From NCBI GenBank assembly GCA_963663765.2, contig CAXXUA010000005.1:1248001-1312000 (forward strand): a DNA stretch of 64,000 nt, read 5' to 3'. The notes below the pieces were generated by a model. The model searched no databases. It saw only the letters and a list, made by a program, of their open reading frames with translations, and was not told the origin of the DNA. The translations under genes and the position numbers were made by a program. The stretch is from Candidatus Poribacteria bacterium (GTDB lineage Bacteria; Poribacteria; WGA-4E; WGA-3G). Positions 61,323-64,000 of the stretch are shown here, one piece after another (the stretch's first letter is position 1; each line of letters opens with the position of its first letter).

Positions 61323-64000
61323 ATGAAAAATGACATCGTTGAACTCATACAACGAATTCTCGCTGACGATGAAGCAGCATTTACCGAACTTGTAAACAAA
61401 TACAAAAAACAGGTTCACGCACTCGCATGGCGAAAAACTGAAGATTTCCATATCGCACAAGACATTACACAGGAAGTCTTCCTAAAAGTCTATCAAGAAC
61501 TTCACGCACTGAGAGATCCAACCCTTTTTTCAGGTTGGCTATATGTAATCACTGCTAACTTATGCGCAACATGGCACCGAAAAAAACGGATACCAACGCA
61601 ACCATTGGAAGACGAAGAAATCACATTGCAAGAGAAAGATTTCTATTCACAACATGTCGTTACAGAACGCACAAAAACTGCTGTTGAGACACAACGTGAA
61701 GTTGTCAAAAAACTGCTCGCAAAGTTGAAAGAGAGTGAACGCACAGTTATGACACTTCACTATCTCGGTGAGATGACAATCGAAGATATAAGCAAGTTTA
61801 TCGGAGTTTCGGCAGGAACGATCAAAAGTCGTCTTCAACGCGCACGGAACCGTTTACAAAAGGAGGAAACGATGATCAAAGAAGCTCTCGAACATTTTCA
61901 GATTTCACCTAATCTCACCGACAATATATTAAAAGATGTTACGCGTTTAAAACCTACTACACCTGCTGCCAGCAAACCTTTAATCCCTTGGATAATTGCT
62001 TCAACAGGTGCTGTCTTGATTGTAATAATGTTGGGCATAAGCAGCCAATTCTCAGCTCGGTTTCAGCAACCTTTTAGCTTAGATGCACAAACTGAAACGA
62101 CGGTTGAACTCATTGATGCTCCACTCTTACCAAATTTTGATACGGATCCTGATGTGCACCGCCAGCTTGGTAGTTCAAACGCACCCGGCAATACTAATAA
62201 CAGTCAACAGAATCCAGATGAGGTATCATTAGCAGCTGCTCAGGATGACGCTGAAGACAATGCTGTACCTAAAAACCAGTGGATTGAGTATGAACGTCAA
62301 GTATTCACTCATCCAAGGAATTTACTCGCGACTCCTGAAGGCGAACTTTATACTTTGTCCGCTGGTGGCCACCTTTACAAATTGAAAAACGATGGTGAAA
62401 ATTGGCAACACATCAATGATATGAGTTCATTAGAAGATAATTTTACTGATGCTGAAGCACTTATGAAGAAGTGGAACGGTATTCTATATTTAGTGTGGCA
62501 TCATAATTTCTATGCTTCTAAAGATGACGGAAAAACGTGGGATTTGATACATGAATTGGAAGTACCTGCTGAGGCAAATGCAAGGGATTGGGATCCAATG
62601 GATTTGGTACTAACGGAAAAAGCTTTCTATCTTATTTTCGCAAAAGCAGCTTTTCGTTCTGAAGATCAAGGCAAGACTTGGAAGGATATGAGTGATGGAT
62701 TGCCAAACGTCCCAGATTCTATTACAGTTATACAAAATACACTATTTACTAAATCAGACAACGGACTTTTCCGAAGGAATGCTGGCAAATGGGAACGTTT
62801 AGAAATTCCAATTCCTGAAGCAGTTGATGTACGTTCAGTTACAGGAACAAAGGATTATTTGTATGTGATGGCATCAAGATATGTAATGGCATTAAAAGTT
62901 GTAATGTCAATAAAACCTTACTTCATTCCTGACGTAGGACATCAACGCACATGGTGGATTCTTCGCTCAACTGATTTAGGGAATACATGGGAGGATATAA
63001 CACCGACAAACGCTTGGCCAATAAAAGGACAACCACCCTATGCAACGCTTATTGCTGCTGGTGAGAACATTTTGCTAATGGAGAAAGGTATGGTCTCATC
63101 AACTGATGCAGGAAACACATGGTTGCCTCCGTTGAAACCCAATGTTTCCCCTTCAATGCAGTCTCACTCACCAGCAGTTGTATTAAATGACCGTAACATT
63201 TATGTTGGTAGCGGTGATGGATTCCAATATTCAAGTGATGGCGGAAAATCATGGGACAAGATTGAGATACCCGCGAAAAGGAAGTTTACACGAAATATAA
63301 CTGATAATCTAATCGTGTATGAGGGAAGCGATAAATCGCAGAAAGTCCGTCCAGCAGTCTACGCGAAATCTTGGAGAACAATAGTAAAAACTACCGACAA
63401 AGGAAAATCTTGGAAATCCGTAAAGCTGGATGTACCGATGACAGCACCTATTAGAGATGATCAACCGCAAATTCTCAGAATCGAAACCGCTGATGACACA
63501 CTTTATGCAAAAGGTAAGAGGGTTCCCGATGAAGTCAGTTTCTATCAGATTTCTGATGATGGTAATACGTTAGAACCCATTAAAGGTATTCCAACCCTTA
63601 AAATTTATTCTGAATTGATAGTGTACAAGATGGGTCATATTAGAAGTAACCCTCTTGATTATAATGATAAGTCACTTGCTTTGAAAGATAAGTCTTATGT
63701 TGAAGAACTTCAAGAAAACTTTGTTGGGGCAACACAATTTTTCAAGGAATTGGCAGAATTAGCACAAAGTAGTTCTCAGAGCCAATTTTTGCATGTGCAA
63801 ATTGGGCAAATGCAACGTGAACTCATAGATAGGGGTTTAAACGGAGCCTTTGCGGTAAGTGGAGATACTTTTTATTTAGAATACAACTTCAAACTACTCC
63901 GATGGAAACGAGGTGAAAAAGAGTGGTACGATACCGGTGTGGAAGAGACAATTGACCTAACTATCAAGGGACCAAATGGCACTTATCTTCCCGCTGGTAT
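61323..64000 (+). CDS. ECF sigma factor fused to a TM helix and an extracytoplasmic BNR beta-propeller (partial, runs off the window)
   Basis: MKNDIVELIQRILADDEAAFTELV..QDITQEVFLKVY..GWLYVI..GTIKSRLQRAR; TM PWIIASTGAVLIVIMLGI; Asp-boxes SKDDGKTW, SEDQGKTW, STDLGNTW, SDGGKSW, TDKGKSW; absent from the ORF track, consistent with no stop before 64000. Confidence 0.88.
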   Translation, partial: MKNDIVELIQRILADDEAAFTELVNKYKKQVHALAWRKTEDFHIAQDITQEVFLKVYQELHALRDPTLFSGWLYVITANLCATWHRKKRIPTQPLEDEEITLQEKDFYSQHVVTERTKTAVETQREVVKKLLAKLKESERTVMTLHYLGEMTIEDISKFIGVSAGTIKSRLQRARNRLQKEETMIKEALEHFQISPNLTDNILKDVTRLKPTTPAASKPLIPWIIASTGAVLIVIMLGISSQFSARFQQPFSLDAQTETTVELIDAPLLPNFDTDPDVHRQLGSSNAPGNTNNSQQNPDEVSLAAAQDDAEDNAVPKNQWIEYERQVFTHPRNLLATPEGELYTLSAGGHLYKLKNDGENWQHINDMSSLEDNFTDAEALMKKWNGILYLVWHHNFYASKDDGKTWDLIHELEVPAEANARDWDPMDLVLTEKAFYLIFAKAAFRSEDQGKTWKDMSDGLPNVPDSITVIQNTLFTKSDNGLFRRNAGKWERLEIPIPEAVDVRSVTGTKDYLYVMASRYVMALKVVMSIKPYFIPDVGHQRTWWILRSTDLGNTWEDITPTNAWPIKGQPPYATLIAAGENILLMEKGMVSSTDAGNTWLPPLKPNVSPSMQSHSPAVVLNDRNIYVGSGDGFQYSSDGGKSWDKIEIPAKRKFTRNITDNLIVYEGSDKSQKVRPAVYAKSWRTIVKTTDKGKSWKSVKLDVPMTAPIRDDQPQILRIETADDTLYAKGKRVPDEVSFYQISDDGNTLEPIKGIPTLKIYSELIVYKMGHIRSNPLDYNDKSLALKDKSYVEELQENFVGATQFFKELAELAQSSSQSQFLHVQIGQMQRELIDRGLNGAFAVSGDTFYLEYNFKLLRWKRGEKEWYDTGVEETIDLTIKGPNGTYLPAG

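Overview
Bacterial chromosome segment around the replication origin. The UBact-proteasome operon, paralogous TolB-like proteins ending in a 'V-x3-GKL-x3-WG-x-LK' motif and membrane-tethered ECF sigma factors suggest a Candidatus Poribacteria-like organism (inference). Core block (minus strand): gyrA-gyrB-dciA(DUF721)-recF-[oriC with DnaA-trios and DnaA boxes]-dnaA, with rpmH divergent. dnaN and rnpA are absent from their usual positions, and ispH follows rpmH. Other loci: ROK kinase; a VTC/CYTH-like unknown; a PARIS-like ABC-ATPase/TOPRIM pair; a peptidoglycan-recycling cluster (AmiE-like, NamZ, AnmK); an adjacent PorU-like C25 peptidase and PorV-like gene pair (T9SS-like); an Rpn nuclease with an intragenic small antitoxin plus a free-standing extra copy; a TnpB-only IS200/IS605 element inserted in the loop of a recurring hairpin; a complete arc-dop-ubact-prcB-prcA-pafA operon; an ATPase/DUF4276-like module with an amber stop, flanked by direct repeats; and an ECF sigma-TM-BNR propeller fusion running off the right end. 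The most unusual signal is non-coding. Intergenic DNA is filled with nested miniature elements: MITE shells with terminal inverted repeats (one family in six copies with 5-bp target duplications) enclose GTAG-type REP hairpins, which in turn carry ~36-bp and ~25-bp hairpin inserts. No rRNA, tRNA or CRISPR array was recognised.
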